Positions 29,209 through 38,891 of a stretch of DNA of 64,000 nt are shown piece by piece. The notes below the pieces were generated by a model, which was not told the DNA's origin, ran no database searches, and was given only the letters and a program-made list of their open reading frames with translations. The stretch's first letter is position 1; every line of letters begins with the position of its first letter. The stretch comes from Candidatus Sumerlaeaceae bacterium (lineage in GTDB: Bacteria > Sumerlaeota > Sumerlaeia > Sumerlaeales > Sumerlaeaceae). The stretch is taken from positions 1 to 64,000 of the forward strand of contig JBPCLP010000005.1 in assembly GCA_051003195.1 (NCBI GenBank). Reading direction: 5' to 3'. The position numbers and the translations under genes are program-made.

Positions 29209-29487
29209 ATGGGGATTATCAGCGCGATAATCTTCGGCTTTGTAGCCGGCCTGATAGCAAGGGCGCTTATGCCTGGCCGCGACGCGGCAGGTTTCATCCT
29301 GACAACGATCCTGGGTATCGTTGGCGCTGTAATTGGCAAGTTTGTCAGCCTTGCCTTCGGTGGCACGGGTGACGTCACTCGCTGGAGCTGGCATGGGTTC
29401 TTGCTGTCCGTCGCTGGCGCCATCCTGGTGCTTGCGATTTATAACTTCGCAACTCGACGCCGCCGCGCCCTGCCGCCGCCCGTATAA
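29209..29487 (+). CDS. GlsB/YeaQ/YmgE family (transglycosylase-associated) membrane protein
   Basis: IIFGFVAGLIARALMPG...TILGIVGAVIG...SVAGAILVL; GGAGG SD. Confidence 0.92.
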   Translation: MGIISAIIFGFVAGLIARALMPGRDAAGFILTTILGIVGAVIGKFVSLAFGGTGDVTRWSWHGFLLSVAGAILVLAIYNFATRRRRALPPPV

Positions 29488-29680
29488 CAGACGTACTGAA
29501 CCAAGGTTATCACAGCTCCGTACGGATGGCCGTTAGTCCCGGCTATCCTGCGGGGCGGCTTGTTGTCAGTACGAGTCACCGGTTTCAGCCCGGAGATTGT
29601 TGCATCCCGAGGTGACGCAATGCAACTGAGGAGTCTACTATTCCGCTCCTCTTCTTTGTCTTCTTTTTCGCAAGGAATGT

Positions 29681-29756
29681 TGGCTGGCGTGCTAGGAGTC
29701 GAACCTAGAACCCTCCGCTCCAGAGGCGGATGCGCTGCCAATTGCGCCACACGCCA
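29681..29756 (-). tRNA. tRNA-Gln (anticodon CTG)
   Basis: Reverse complement: TGGCGTG/CACGCCA acceptor stem, TCCGC-CTCTGGA-GCGGA anticodon arm, GGTTCGACTCC T-arm, encoded CCA. Confidence 0.94.
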
Positions 29757-29882
29757 ACATATGCGCGGCGAAAGCCGCGCGTGGGCAGTTTACCAGCCGA
29801 AAACCGGCTTATTCGGCATCGTTGACTGGAGGCTCCAATCGATTGTGCGCGAAGCTGGATACATCAACCGGAATGCCGCCAA

Positions 29883-31109
29883 TCAGGTGATCCGGATCTG
29901 CGGCCGCAGATCCACCAGCCGATGTGAGAAATCGTCTGCGCGCTGCCCTTGCGGCGGAATCACTGTAAACGCATATATTTTTTGATGGCAGTCAAAAAGC
30001 ACATTATGCTGACCCGCTGGACCAACCGCGAGCGTTGCGTAGTAAGTAGCTTCACGCAGCCGCATGTCTGTAATTTGAAAGCTCAAACGGTTTACGCCAG
30101 GTGCGAGTTGCACGATCTGCTGCCTGTCTGCAGAGTCGAAAAAACTGACGGGTTGCGCAGGACGGTTCACAATGAGGTACACCGCCGCATTTTGGATCGG
30201 CTGTTTTGCCACAATTTCAAACTTTATCTCCATCGGCTGCCCGGATTCGAAGTAGCGGCGGGGCTGTCCGTCCGCCCCCAGCAGTTTCACCGCACGAATG
30301 ATGGCTTCATTAGTTCCGAACCGGTTGTAAGGGATGATTGTCGCCAGATCCGGCGTGTCGGATGTGGGCTCGTTCTCCAGGAGATCGTGGAACAGGAAAG
30401 CATTGTACTGCTGCACCACCTCGCTGCTGGCCCCGTATGCGCGCACCGCTCCTTCGTGCAGCCATATTGCGCGCCGGCACAGGCTTTCAGCGACTTCCGG
30501 CACGTGCGAAACGAACAGGATCGTCCTGCCTTCGCGCTGCAGCTCCTCGATTTTCCGCATGCATTTCCACTGGAAGTAGCCGTCGCCAACGGCGAGCGCC
30601 TCATCCACCACGAACACGTCCGGATCAGTGTGCACGGCGATCGCAAATCCCAGCCGAAGGAACATTCCCCAGGAGTAATGCCGCACGGGCGTATTGAGGA
30701 AATCTCCCAGTTCGCAAAATTCCTCAATCGCTTTAAGCCGCTTCCAGATTGTCTGGCGGGATAAACCAAGCAGGGTGCCATGGAGGAAAATGTTTTCAAA
30801 TCCCGTCAGCTCGGCGTGAAAGCCTGCGCCAAGGTCAATAATCCCGCCGACACGTCCTCGCACTTTGACATAGCCTGATGTGGGATTCATCACCTCGGAT
30901 ATGATCCGGAGCAGCGTGCTTTTCCCACTGCCGTTAACCCCCATCAGGGCCAGAGTTTCGCCGGCTGCCAGGCTGAAACTGACATCACGCAATGCCCAGT
31001 GTTCATGCTGAACGGCCCCATGCACAAGGCGCCGTGCAACACGCTTCACCGGGTTGAGGCCATGTCCACGAAGCAGGAAACGCTTCGAAACGTCCACAAC
31101 CTCTATCAT
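29883..31109 (-). CDS. wzt: Polysaccharide/O-antigen ABC exporter ATP-binding subunit with Wzt C-terminal domain
   Basis: WALRDVSF, GVNGSGKST, LTGFENI, YSWGMFLRLGFA, VDEALAVGD, and a C-terminal domain starting RFGT. Confidence 0.88.
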   Translation of the reverse strand: MIEVVDVSKRFLLRGHGLNPVKRVARRLVHGAVQHEHWALRDVSFSLAAGETLALMGVNGSGKSTLLRIISEVMNPTSGYVKVRGRVGGIIDLGAGFHAELTGFENIFLHGTLLGLSRQTIWKRLKAIEEFCELGDFLNTPVRHYSWGMFLRLGFAIAVHTDPDVFVVDEALAVGDGYFQWKCMRKIEELQREGRTILFVSHVPEVAESLCRRAIWLHEGAVRAYGASSEVVQQYNAFLFHDLLENEPTSDTPDLATIIPYNRFGTNEAIIRAVKLLGADGQPRRYFESGQPMEIKFEIVAKQPIQNAAVYLIVNRPAQPVSFFDSADRQQIVQLAPGVNRLSFQITDMRLREATYYATLAVGPAGQHNVLFDCHQKIYAFTVIPPQGQRADDFSHRLVDLRPQIRIT

Positions 31110-31183
31110 GGCCTCGTCTGATTTGCCGCTCACAGGCGCCGTTCTGTCGTGCGTTTGTACTTTACACAATCTAAATCACTTGG

Positions 31184-31226
31184 ACCATTCTATCCGAAAT
31201 GGTGGTCAATTGAACAGATATCAATT
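31184..31226 (+). promoter_or_regulatory. Candidate Rrf2/CymR operator: two inverted repeats
   Basis: ACCATT-N8-AATGGT (31184-31203) and AATTGA-N7-TCAATT (31208-31226) directly upstream of the Rrf2 start codon. Confidence 0.45.
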
Positions 31227-31229
31227 CCT

Positions 31230-31652
31230 GTGCGACTAAGCAAAAAAGGCGAATACGCCCTTCGCGCGTTGATCGCCCTTGCACGTCCGCGCGAAAAAGC
31301 GATGACCATCAGTGAGATCGCCATTCAGCAGAAGCTTCCCAAGAAGTTTCTCGAGCAGATTCTGCTGGCGCTAAAGGCAGAAGGACTTGTGCGCAGTAAA
31401 GCGGGACCAAAAGGCGGATACGAACTCGCCGAACCGGCTCGTTCTATATCGGTCGGCCGCATCCTCGCCGCAGTTGAAGAACCGATTGCACATACCAGCA
31501 AACGCGCAAGTCGTCCGCCCGCCGGAGTCGCCGTAATTTTTGACGAGATCAGGCAATATGTCCGCCAGAAGCTCGACACGGTCACCTTGCAGGAACTGGC
31601 TGAACAAGCCGTGACCGACGAAGAAGTTGAAGCACTCATGTGGTACATATAG
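31230..31652 (+). CDS. cymR: Rrf2-family regulator, CymR-like
   Basis: [29 protein letters not shown]; no Fe-S cysteines; C-terminus LMWYI; directly upstream of cysK. GTG start at 31230. Confidence 0.85.
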   Translation: MRLSKKGEYALRALIALARPREKAMTISEIAIQQKLPKKFLEQILLALKAEGLVRSKAGPKGGYELAEPARSISVGRILAAVEEPIAHTSKRASRPPAGVAVIFDEIRQYVRQKLDTVTLQELAEQAVTDEEVEALMWYI

Positions 31653-31690
31653 CGCCGGGCGCGCGAATCATTAAAGGAACGGAGCATCCC

Positions 31691-32674
31691 ATGGGTCGTA
31701 TCTATAATAGTATTCTGGACACAATCGGAAACACACCACTCGTAAAATTGAATCGAGTGACAGACGGCGCACCTGCCACAGTGCTCGCGAAGCTGGAGTT
31801 TTTCAACCCTCTTTCCAGTGTGAAGGATCGTATTGGTGCGGCGATGATCGCCGCTATGGAGAAAGACCTCGGCATTGAACCCGGTAAGACAACTTTGATT
31901 GAGCCGACGAGTGGAAATACCGGTATCGCATTGGCCTTTGTCGCAGCCGCGAAGGGCTACCGCCTTATCCTGACTATGCCTGAGACGATGTCCATCGAGC
32001 GGCGTAAGCTTTTGAAAATCCTCGGTGCGAAGGTCGTGCTGACGGAAGGCCCTAAAGGAATGAAGGGCGCGATTGCCAAGGCCGAAGAACTGAATGCGCA
32101 GATCCCCAATTCCGTGATTCCCCAGCAGTTCCAGAATCCAGCCAACCCGGAGATTCACCGCAGGACCACCGCGGAGGAAATCTGGAACGACACCGACGGC
32201 AAAGTTGATTTTCTGATCTCAGGCATCGGCACCGGCGGAACCATTACGGGCGTCAGCGAAGTAATTAAAAAGCGCAAGCCATCCTTCAAAGCGATCGCAC
32301 TTGAGCCGGCGACTTCGCCCGTCCTCAGTGGCGGTCAGCCCGGCCCCCATAAGATCCAGGGAATCGGCGCAGGCTTTGTTCCCGGCGTTCTCAACACCAG
32401 TATCATTGATGAGGTCATGCAGGTGCGCGAGGAAGATTGTGCGATTTACGCCAAGCGCACATGCCAGGAAGAAGGAATCGCAATCGGCATTTCCAGTGGC
32501 GCCGCGGTATGGGCTGCCGTGCAGGTGGCAAAACGTCCGGAAAATATCGGAAAAACAATCGTCGCGATCATCCCCTCCCCTGCCGAGCGTTATCTCAGCT
32601 CCTGGCTGTTTGCCGACATCAGTGCCGAGAGCGACAACATCGACGACCTGCTCGTCACTCCCGCCGCAATTTAA
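31691..32674 (+). CDS. cysK: Cysteine synthase A
   Basis: [53 protein letters not shown]. Confidence 0.97.
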   Translation: MGRIYNSILDTIGNTPLVKLNRVTDGAPATVLAKLEFFNPLSSVKDRIGAAMIAAMEKDLGIEPGKTTLIEPTSGNTGIALAFVAAAKGYRLILTMPETMSIERRKLLKILGAKVVLTEGPKGMKGAIAKAEELNAQIPNSVIPQQFQNPANPEIHRRTTAEEIWNDTDGKVDFLISGIGTGGTITGVSEVIKKRKPSFKAIALEPATSPVLSGGQPGPHKIQGIGAGFVPGVLNTSIIDEVMQVREEDCAIYAKRTCQEEGIAIGISSGAAVWAAVQVAKRPENIGKTIVAIIPSPAERYLSSWLFADISAESDNIDDLLVTPAAI

Positions 32675-32688
32675 CCAAAACGTCCACG

Positions 32689-32727
32689 GACCCGAACATT
32701 CCGCGAATGTTCGGGTTCATTTTTTTT
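32689..32727 (+). terminator. Rho-independent terminator after cysK
   Basis: 12-bp stem ACCCGAACATTC/GAATGTTCGGGT followed by a T8 tract. Confidence 0.88.
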
Positions 32728-32769
32728 GAATTCTAAATAAACCCAGCCGCGAACGAGGCAGTCAGTATT

Positions 32770-33621
32770 TTGGCGAAGATCAATTTTAACAACGTCAGTA
32801 AGACCTTCATCCAGAATCGCAACGGTTCTGGAGGCAAGATTGTGCAGGCGCTTATGCCTCTTTCCCTCGAGATCGAGTCCGGCGAATTCTTCTGCATTAT
32901 CGGGCCATCCGGCTGTGGAAAGTCGACGCTGTTGAACCTGCTTGCCGGCCTCGATACTTCCGATACTGGCGAAGTTCGCGTGGAAGGCCGCAAGGTTACT
33001 TGCGCAGGCCCCGAGCGAGTCGTGGTCTTCCAGGAGGCTGGCCTTATGCCCTGGATGACCGTCACCAGGAACGTCGAGTACGGGTTAAAACTGCAGGGAC
33101 TTTCGCGGGATGAACGTCGCGAGCGTTGCGAAAAATACCTTAAGATGGTACATCTGTCGAAATATGCGGATGCGTTGCCGCATGAGCTCTCCGGCGGAAT
33201 GCGCCAGCGCGTAAGCATTGCGCGGGCTCTCGCGGTTGAACCTGACGTGCTGCTTATGGACGAACCGTTCAGTGCGCTTGATGCACAAACCCGCGATCTG
33301 CTTCACGACGAACTTCAGCGTATCTGGCAGGAAACTCACAAGACGATCCTGTTTGTTACACATAACCTTCGCGAGGCCGTTTACCTCGCCGATCGCGTCA
33401 TGATTATGACCGCCGCTCCCGGCAGCATCAAGAAAACCGTAAAGGTACCCTTCGCCCATCCGCGCTCGAAGTCCTCAGCCGACGTAAGTGCGTTCACCGC
33501 CCAACTTCACGACTTGATCAAGTCCGAAGTCGATAAGGTCGCCAAACGCGAACTCGATCCTGATTGGGAACCCGAACTCACCCCCGCCGAAGACCCGGAC
33601 ATTTACGCCAGCGGGATCTAA
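32770..33621 (+). CDS. NitT/TauT (TauB/SsuB-like) ABC transporter ATP-binding protein
   Basis: GPSGCGKST, VFQE..LMPW, LSGGMRQR, LLMDEPFSALD, FVTH. Confidence 0.92.
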   Translation: MAKINFNNVSKTFIQNRNGSGGKIVQALMPLSLEIESGEFFCIIGPSGCGKSTLLNLLAGLDTSDTGEVRVEGRKVTCAGPERVVVFQEAGLMPWMTVTRNVEYGLKLQGLSRDERRERCEKYLKMVHLSKYADALPHELSGGMRQRVSIARALAVEPDVLLMDEPFSALDAQTRDLLHDELQRIWQETHKTILFVTHNLREAVYLADRVMIMTAAPGSIKKTVKVPFAHPRSKSSADVSAFTAQLHDLIKSEVDKVAKRELDPDWEPELTPAEDPDIYASGI

Positions 33622-33712
33622 CTGCATGGTGGCGCAGGCTCCGCCCCTTGTCTCTGAAATCCCGGCTGCATCACGCCAGGTCCGAAACCATCCTACTACA
33701 GGCAAAACTCCC

Positions 33713-34612
33713 ATGACCCTCAGACACCTGCATGCTCTTGCACTTTTCTTAACACTGGCAGTGTGTCAATGCCGCGCAAACGACGCACTGACAAGCCAGC
33801 CGCCAATCCTGCTTTGGCCAGCCGGAGCGCCCGGAGCGCTCGGGAACAAACCTGGAGATATCCCGACGCTCCAGCCATTTCTTCCGGATATCGCAAGTTC
33901 GACCGGCGCAGCCATTGTCGTCTGCCCCGGCGGCGGGTATGCCGCCCTGACAGCGCACGAAGGAGCGGACTACGCTCGCTGGCTTAATGAGCTGGGCATC
34001 ACCGCATTTGTGCTGAAATACCGCCTCGGCAGCCAGGGCTATCGCCACCCAGCCATGCTCCAGGATGCCACGCGTGCCATCCGGCTTGTACGCGCACAAG
34101 CTGCGACATGGAACCTGGATAACCATCGCGTCGGAATCATAGGCTCCTCTGCAGGCGGGCACCTCGCATCGACGATCATGACGCACTTTGATGCTGGCGA
34201 CCCGACGAGCACCGACACCGTCGAACGCCAGAATTCCCGCCCGGACCTCGGCATTCTCGTCTATCCGGTAGTCTCATTTGGCGAGAAAGGACACCAGGGC
34301 TCCATGCACAACCTGCTGGGCACAACGCCGCCGCCCGAACTCATGAAGCTGGTCTCGAATGAACTGCAGGTCACCAAGAACACGCCACCTGCGTTCATCT
34401 TCCACACCTGCGACGACTCCATTGTGCGGGTCGAGAACAGCCTGCTCTTCGCCAAAGCTCTTGCTTCACACGATATTCCATTCGCACTGCACATCTATCC
34501 GCATGGACCGCACGGACTAGGCCTCGGAACCGAAAAATGGAATCCGGCTGCGCGGCACCCCTGGGTGGGGGAATGCGAACAATGGCTCAAGGAGCAGAAG
34601 TTCGCCAACTGA
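33713..34612 (+). CDS. Exported alpha/beta hydrolase (carbohydrate esterase, BD-FAE/xylan esterase-like)
   Basis: Signal peptide, CPGGGY, GSSAGGH nucleophile motif, D..V..ENS, HGLG. Confidence 0.88.
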   Translation: MTLRHLHALALFLTLAVCQCRANDALTSQPPILLWPAGAPGALGNKPGDIPTLQPFLPDIASSTGAAIVVCPGGGYAALTAHEGADYARWLNELGITAFVLKYRLGSQGYRHPAMLQDATRAIRLVRAQAATWNLDNHRVGIIGSSAGGHLASTIMTHFDAGDPTSTDTVERQNSRPDLGILVYPVVSFGEKGHQGSMHNLLGTTPPPELMKLVSNELQVTKNTPPAFIFHTCDDSIVRVENSLLFAKALASHDIPFALHIYPHGPHGLGLGTEKWNPAARHPWVGECEQWLKEQKFAN

Positions 34613-34622
34613 GTTCAGTGCA

Positions 34623-36059
34623 CTACCAGTTTGACGCCGGTGCCGGCAGCGACGCCTCCACCTCATTATCCGCAATGCCGAATTTTTCCAGCCTGTAACG
34701 TAGCGTCGCCCGGCTTAGCCCCAGCATTTTCGCCGCGCGGCTTTTATTGCCTCCCGACCGCTCCAGAGCCTGCAAAAGCAAGCCGCGCTCGTGATCCTCC
34801 AGCCTGAATCCAGAATCCGGGATAACAAAGTCGCTGCTAAACGTTAATGCGGCTGGAGTCGCCGTTGCACTTCCTGTCCATCCCGATACCGCCACCAGGC
34901 CAAGCTCTCTTGCGGTAAGAACAGAACCTTTCAACAGGATGGTCGCACGCTCGATCGAGTTCTGCAACTCGCGCACATTGCCCTGCCATGAATTCGAAAG
35001 CAACGCCTGCTGAGTTGCCGGCTCAATCTCCGGCACTCGCTTGCCCATCTCCCGGCAGAACTTCGCGAGGAAGAAACGCGCAAGCGGCAGAATATCATCA
35101 CGGCGCTGCCGCAGCGGCGGAATTTCGATTGGGAACACGTTGACGCGGAAGAAGAGGTCTTCGCGAAACTTGCCCTCACTCACCGCGCGACGCAGGTCCT
35201 TGTTTGTTGCACAGATAAATCGGATATCGGTCCGGATCGTCTTCGTTCCGCCGACACGCTGGAATTCCTGCTGCTCGATCGCGCGAAGCACCTTTGCCTG
35301 CACCGCGATGTTCATCTCCCCGATCTCGTCCAGGAAAAGAGAGCCGCCATCCGCCATTTCAAACTTTCCAACCTTACGCTCCGTTGCTCCTGTAAACGAA
35401 CCCTTCTCATGGCCGAACAGCTCACTCTCCAGCAGGTTGTCCGGTATTGCTGCGCAATTAATCGCAACAAAGGGCGAATGGCTGCGGGGACTTGCATCAT
35501 GGATGGCGCGGGTAATCAGCTCCTTGCCCGTACCGCTCTCGCCGTGCACCAGCACCGTCGCATTACTCCCTGCGACCTGGTGCGTCACGTCCAGCAACCG
35601 CTTCATCGCGGCGCTCTCGGCAACCATGTGGTCGAGATTCAGCCGGTCGCGAATCTCCCGTCGCAGGTTCTGATTCTCTCCGAGAATACGACCAATGCTC
35701 AGCGCCCGGTCGATCGCGAATTTCAATTTCGCTTCCTCAAATGGCTTCGTAATGTAGTCCAGTGCGCCGGCCCGCATCGCGTCTACCGCGCTCTCAATGG
35801 TACCAAACGCCGTGATTACCACAATCGGCGTCTGGGGTGACGCTGCTTTCACGCGCTTCAATAACTCCATACCGTCCATGTTCGGCATGCGAAGGTCTGT
35901 TATGACGAGATCGAAGTGGCCCGACTGAAACGCCGCCCAGGCCTGGGTTCCATCCGACGCCATCGTAAGCTGATAACCCTGGTTGCTCAGCAGCATTTCC
36001 AGCAGCCTGCGGAGGCGTTCTTCGTCCTCCGCAACGAGCAAACGAGGTTCGTGGCTCAT
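34623..36059 (-). CDS. Sigma-54-dependent response regulator (NtrC family)
   Basis: Receiver domain (DLRMP), AAA+ domain (GESGTGKE, ESELFGHEKGSFTGA, FLDEIGE, WQGNVREL), Fis-type HTH. Confidence 0.95.
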   Translation of the reverse strand: MSHEPRLLVAEDEERLRRLLEMLLSNQGYQLTMASDGTQAWAAFQSGHFDLVITDLRMPNMDGMELLKRVKAASPQTPIVVITAFGTIESAVDAMRAGALDYITKPFEEAKLKFAIDRALSIGRILGENQNLRREIRDRLNLDHMVAESAAMKRLLDVTHQVAGSNATVLVHGESGTGKELITRAIHDASPRSHSPFVAINCAAIPDNLLESELFGHEKGSFTGATERKVGKFEMADGGSLFLDEIGEMNIAVQAKVLRAIEQQEFQRVGGTKTIRTDIRFICATNKDLRRAVSEGKFREDLFFRVNVFPIEIPPLRQRRDDILPLARFFLAKFCREMGKRVPEIEPATQQALLSNSWQGNVRELQNSIERATILLKGSVLTARELGLVAVSGWTGSATATPAALTFSSDFVIPDSGFRLEDHERGLLLQALERSGGNKSRAAKMLGLSRATLRYRLEKFGIADNEVEASLPAPASNW

Positions 36060-37549
36060 GTGGCTGAACCATTCTGCACGATTGGCAGCAGAACTTCAAA
36101 CGTCACGCCCGGCTTCCCGTCGTTATTATGCACGTTCATCTTGCCTCGGTGCGACGTAACAATCTGGTGCACCACAGACAGACCGAGTCCGGTGCCACCC
36201 GCTTTTGTTGTGAAGAACGGATCAAATATCTTCGGCAGATCCTCGTCCCGGATTCCATTGCCCGCGTCAATAAACCGCAGCCGAATCGCGTCGTCCACAA
36301 CATCAGTTGTAATGGTCAGCACCCCGCCTTCCGGCATCGCCTGGTCGGCATTAATAATCAGGTTTAAAAAGACCTGGAAGAGCAGATCGGGATCAGCCTG
36401 GGTCGCCGGTGTGTGGCTGCACATCTGCGGCACCACGTGGAATTTTTTGTTTCGAAGGGATGCCTGGTAGCCAGACGCTGTCCGTTTAACCAGCTGCGCC
36501 ACATCAACTTCTTCTACCATCAGCGCTTTAGGCTTGGCGAATACGAGGAAGTCTTTCATCCGTTCATCCAGCCGACGCACTTCGTCGCGCAGGTAGGTCG
36601 CCGCCTCCCGCCGCTGTGCCGCGGGACGCTTCTCGTTCAACACTATCTCCGCGCTGCTCATCAATATACCGAGTGGATTTTTTATCTCATGCGCGATCCC
36701 GCTGACAAGCTGGCCCAGCAGTGCCAGGTTGCGGTTCTGAACCAGCTGACTCTCCAGCCGTTTGCGTTCGTCAATGTCGCGGATAATTCCGACGATGAAC
36801 TCCACCTCGCCCGTAGTGTTTTTGATCGGCGAATAGTTGGTCTCGACGTATCGCTCCTTGCCCGCGGTCGTGGTGATCAGCATTTCGTGGGGTTTTGGTT
36901 CGCTGTCCTTGTGAAAGAAAACTTTCGCCGGGCAAAGCGCCTCGCTTGCCATGCTTTCGCCTGCGTCATTGTGGCATCGCAGCACGTTTGCACACTCATA
37001 CGTCTGCATGATGGCAGCGTTCTTCTGCCAGCCGGTCATCTTCTCGCACGCCTTGTTAAAATATACGATGTGGTTGCTGCGGTTAACAATGAAGATGCCG
37101 TCCGTTGACGAATCGAGTACGAATTCAAGGCGCCTCATAATGGCGTCCGTGTCCGGATCAAAGAATGTCAGGCCCAGCACATTCTCCAGTGCCCCACAGT
37201 GGCAGTCCGCATCAAATGTCAGCGCGCTTGCCCGCATGTGCGTCTGCTTTACGCCGTGGGAAAGAAAGAACAGCCTCGGCTCCGGGTCTTCAGCCTCCAG
37301 CAGCTCGGTCAAAACAGGAGCAATCTCGCTCCAGTTCGTCTCCGGAAACAATTGCTCCAGCACAGCGCCGAAGTTTGAGTTCTCGGTCAGGTCTGCGCGC
37401 GAAAATCGCACCCTGGCCTCGCCGTTTGCATATAGCACCCTGTGGTCACGCGAAACCAGGATGGTCGCGTCGCTCAAGCCCTCAACAAAGCGGCGTAAGG
37501 AATTAGTTACGAGGCTTTCGCCAGTCTGGGAAGGACTATCAATTGCCAT
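36056..37549 (-). CDS. Cytoplasmic PAS-domain sensor histidine kinase
   Basis: Two PAS domains, AHEIKNPL, NADQA, DAGNGI, FFTTK, GTGLGL; 4-bp overlap with the regulator. Confidence 0.93.
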   Translation of the reverse strand: MAIDSPSQTGESLVTNSLRRFVEGLSDATILVSRDHRVLYANGEARVRFSRADLTENSNFGAVLEQLFPETNWSEIAPVLTELLEAEDPEPRLFFLSHGVKQTHMRASALTFDADCHCGALENVLGLTFFDPDTDAIMRRLEFVLDSSTDGIFIVNRSNHIVYFNKACEKMTGWQKNAAIMQTYECANVLRCHNDAGESMASEALCPAKVFFHKDSEPKPHEMLITTTAGKERYVETNYSPIKNTTGEVEFIVGIIRDIDERKRLESQLVQNRNLALLGQLVSGIAHEIKNPLGILMSSAEIVLNEKRPAAQRREAATYLRDEVRRLDERMKDFLVFAKPKALMVEEVDVAQLVKRTASGYQASLRNKKFHVVPQMCSHTPATQADPDLLFQVFLNLIINADQAMPEGGVLTITTDVVDDAIRLRFIDAGNGIRDEDLPKIFDPFFTTKAGGTGLGLSVVHQIVTSHRGKMNVHNNDGKPGVTFEVLLPIVQNGSAT

Positions 37550-37668
37550 AGTACGACCCTACCGTAGCAACATGTGGCTTATTTCAGCCACTTTTGTAAA
37601 GCTGCATTTACCCAATCTACTCTGTTAAAGAGCTTGCTCCGACACGGAAGTTATCCACTCTCGGTTTC

Positions 37669-37857
37669 ATGCCATCGTCCAGTTTCGCCTGCGCCCACTG
37701 TGGCGCCGAGAACGGCACAGAAATAGATGCGTCGGCAGGGAGACACCAGACTTACGTAGAAGACTGCCAGACCTGCTGCCGTCCCAATCTGTTACATGTG
37801 GAACTCGACGAAGATGGTGAACCCTTGAGCATCGAGGCGCAGCCGGAAAACGGGTAG
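37669..37857 (+). CDS. CPXCG-motif cysteine-rich small protein
   Basis: CAHCG...IDASAG..QTYVEDCQTCCRPN. Confidence 0.85.
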   Translation: MPSSSFACAHCGAENGTEIDASAGRHQTYVEDCQTCCRPNLLHVELDEDGEPLSIEAQPENG

Positions 37858-37945
37858 TGGTGTGTACCATAGTTCTTGAAACCGTCGTATCGCTCATTGC
37901 GATGAGGCGGCTTTCCCATTTCCATATTGGAAAAGGCGCGCTCCT

Positions 37946-38878
37946 GTGAACCGACGTAATTTTCTATGCTCGACGTTAGCCGTTTCAGCTTCCGCAGCCG
38001 CAACCGCAGCCCTCGGCGCGCTGGAAACTACCGGCACTTCAGCTGCATCCCCCGCGTCAGACGGCTCCGGGTTTCGCCTGTTGTATGCGCCGCACTTCGG
38101 GATGTTTGAAAAATCTGCCGGCAAGGACCCGGTTGAGCAGCTTAAGTTCATGGCAGACCAGGGATTTCGGGCGCTAGAAGACAACGGCATGAAAGGCCGT
38201 ACTCGCGAGGAGCAGGATCGCATCGCGAAAGAGATGGAGCGGCTGGGGATGACCATGGGCGTGTTCGTGGCTCACGGCGATTTCAGCGCACAGACGTTCG
38301 TTCATCGCACCCCCGAAGTGCGCGACCGTCTTCGTAAAGACATGCAGGATTCGGTCGAACTGGCTAAACGCGTAAATGCAAAATGGGCCACGGTCGTGCC
38401 GGACCTCGTTGATCCCAAATCCGAGCGCGCCTACCAGGACGCCAACGTCATTGATAACCTGCGTGACTGCTGCGATATTTGTGAACCCGCCGGGCTCACC
38501 ATGGTGCTCGAACCCCTCAATCCGCGCGACCATCCGGGAATGTACCTCGCCACGGTAGCCGAAGGATATGAAGTTTGCCGGGCAGTAAATCGCCCATCAT
38601 GCAAAATCCTCGCCGACCTCTACCATCAGCAGATTGCGGCCGGCAACCTCATCCCGAATCTAGACCGTGCATGGAGCGAGATCGCTTACATTCAACTGGG
38701 CGACAATCCCGGTCGCAACGAACCGGGAACGGGAGAGGTGAATTATAAAAACGTTTTCGCACACTTGCACAAGAAGGGTTACAAAGGGGTGCTTGGCATG
38801 GAGCACGGCAACTCCCGCAACACCGTCGAAGGCGAGCGTGCCACCATTGCCGCGTACCGCGCGTGCGACAGCTTTTAA
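37946..38878 (+). CDS. Tat-exported hydroxypyruvate isomerase-like TIM-barrel protein
   Basis: NRRNFL Tat motif, LEPLN, DLYHQQ, DNPGRNEPGTGEVNY, GMEH. Confidence 0.88.
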   Translation: MNRRNFLCSTLAVSASAAATAALGALETTGTSAASPASDGSGFRLLYAPHFGMFEKSAGKDPVEQLKFMADQGFRALEDNGMKGRTREEQDRIAKEMERLGMTMGVFVAHGDFSAQTFVHRTPEVRDRLRKDMQDSVELAKRVNAKWATVVPDLVDPKSERAYQDANVIDNLRDCCDICEPAGLTMVLEPLNPRDHPGMYLATVAEGYEVCRAVNRPSCKILADLYHQQIAAGNLIPNLDRAWSEIAYIQLGDNPGRNEPGTGEVNYKNVFAHLHKKGYKGVLGMEHGNSRNTVEGERATIAAYRACDSF

Positions 38879-38891
38879 GGAGACGACACAC

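Noticed and set aside
29439..29985. ORFs of 103 and 141 aa around tRNA-Gln
   Set aside because: They overlap the tRNA and the hairpin tract and have no coding features.
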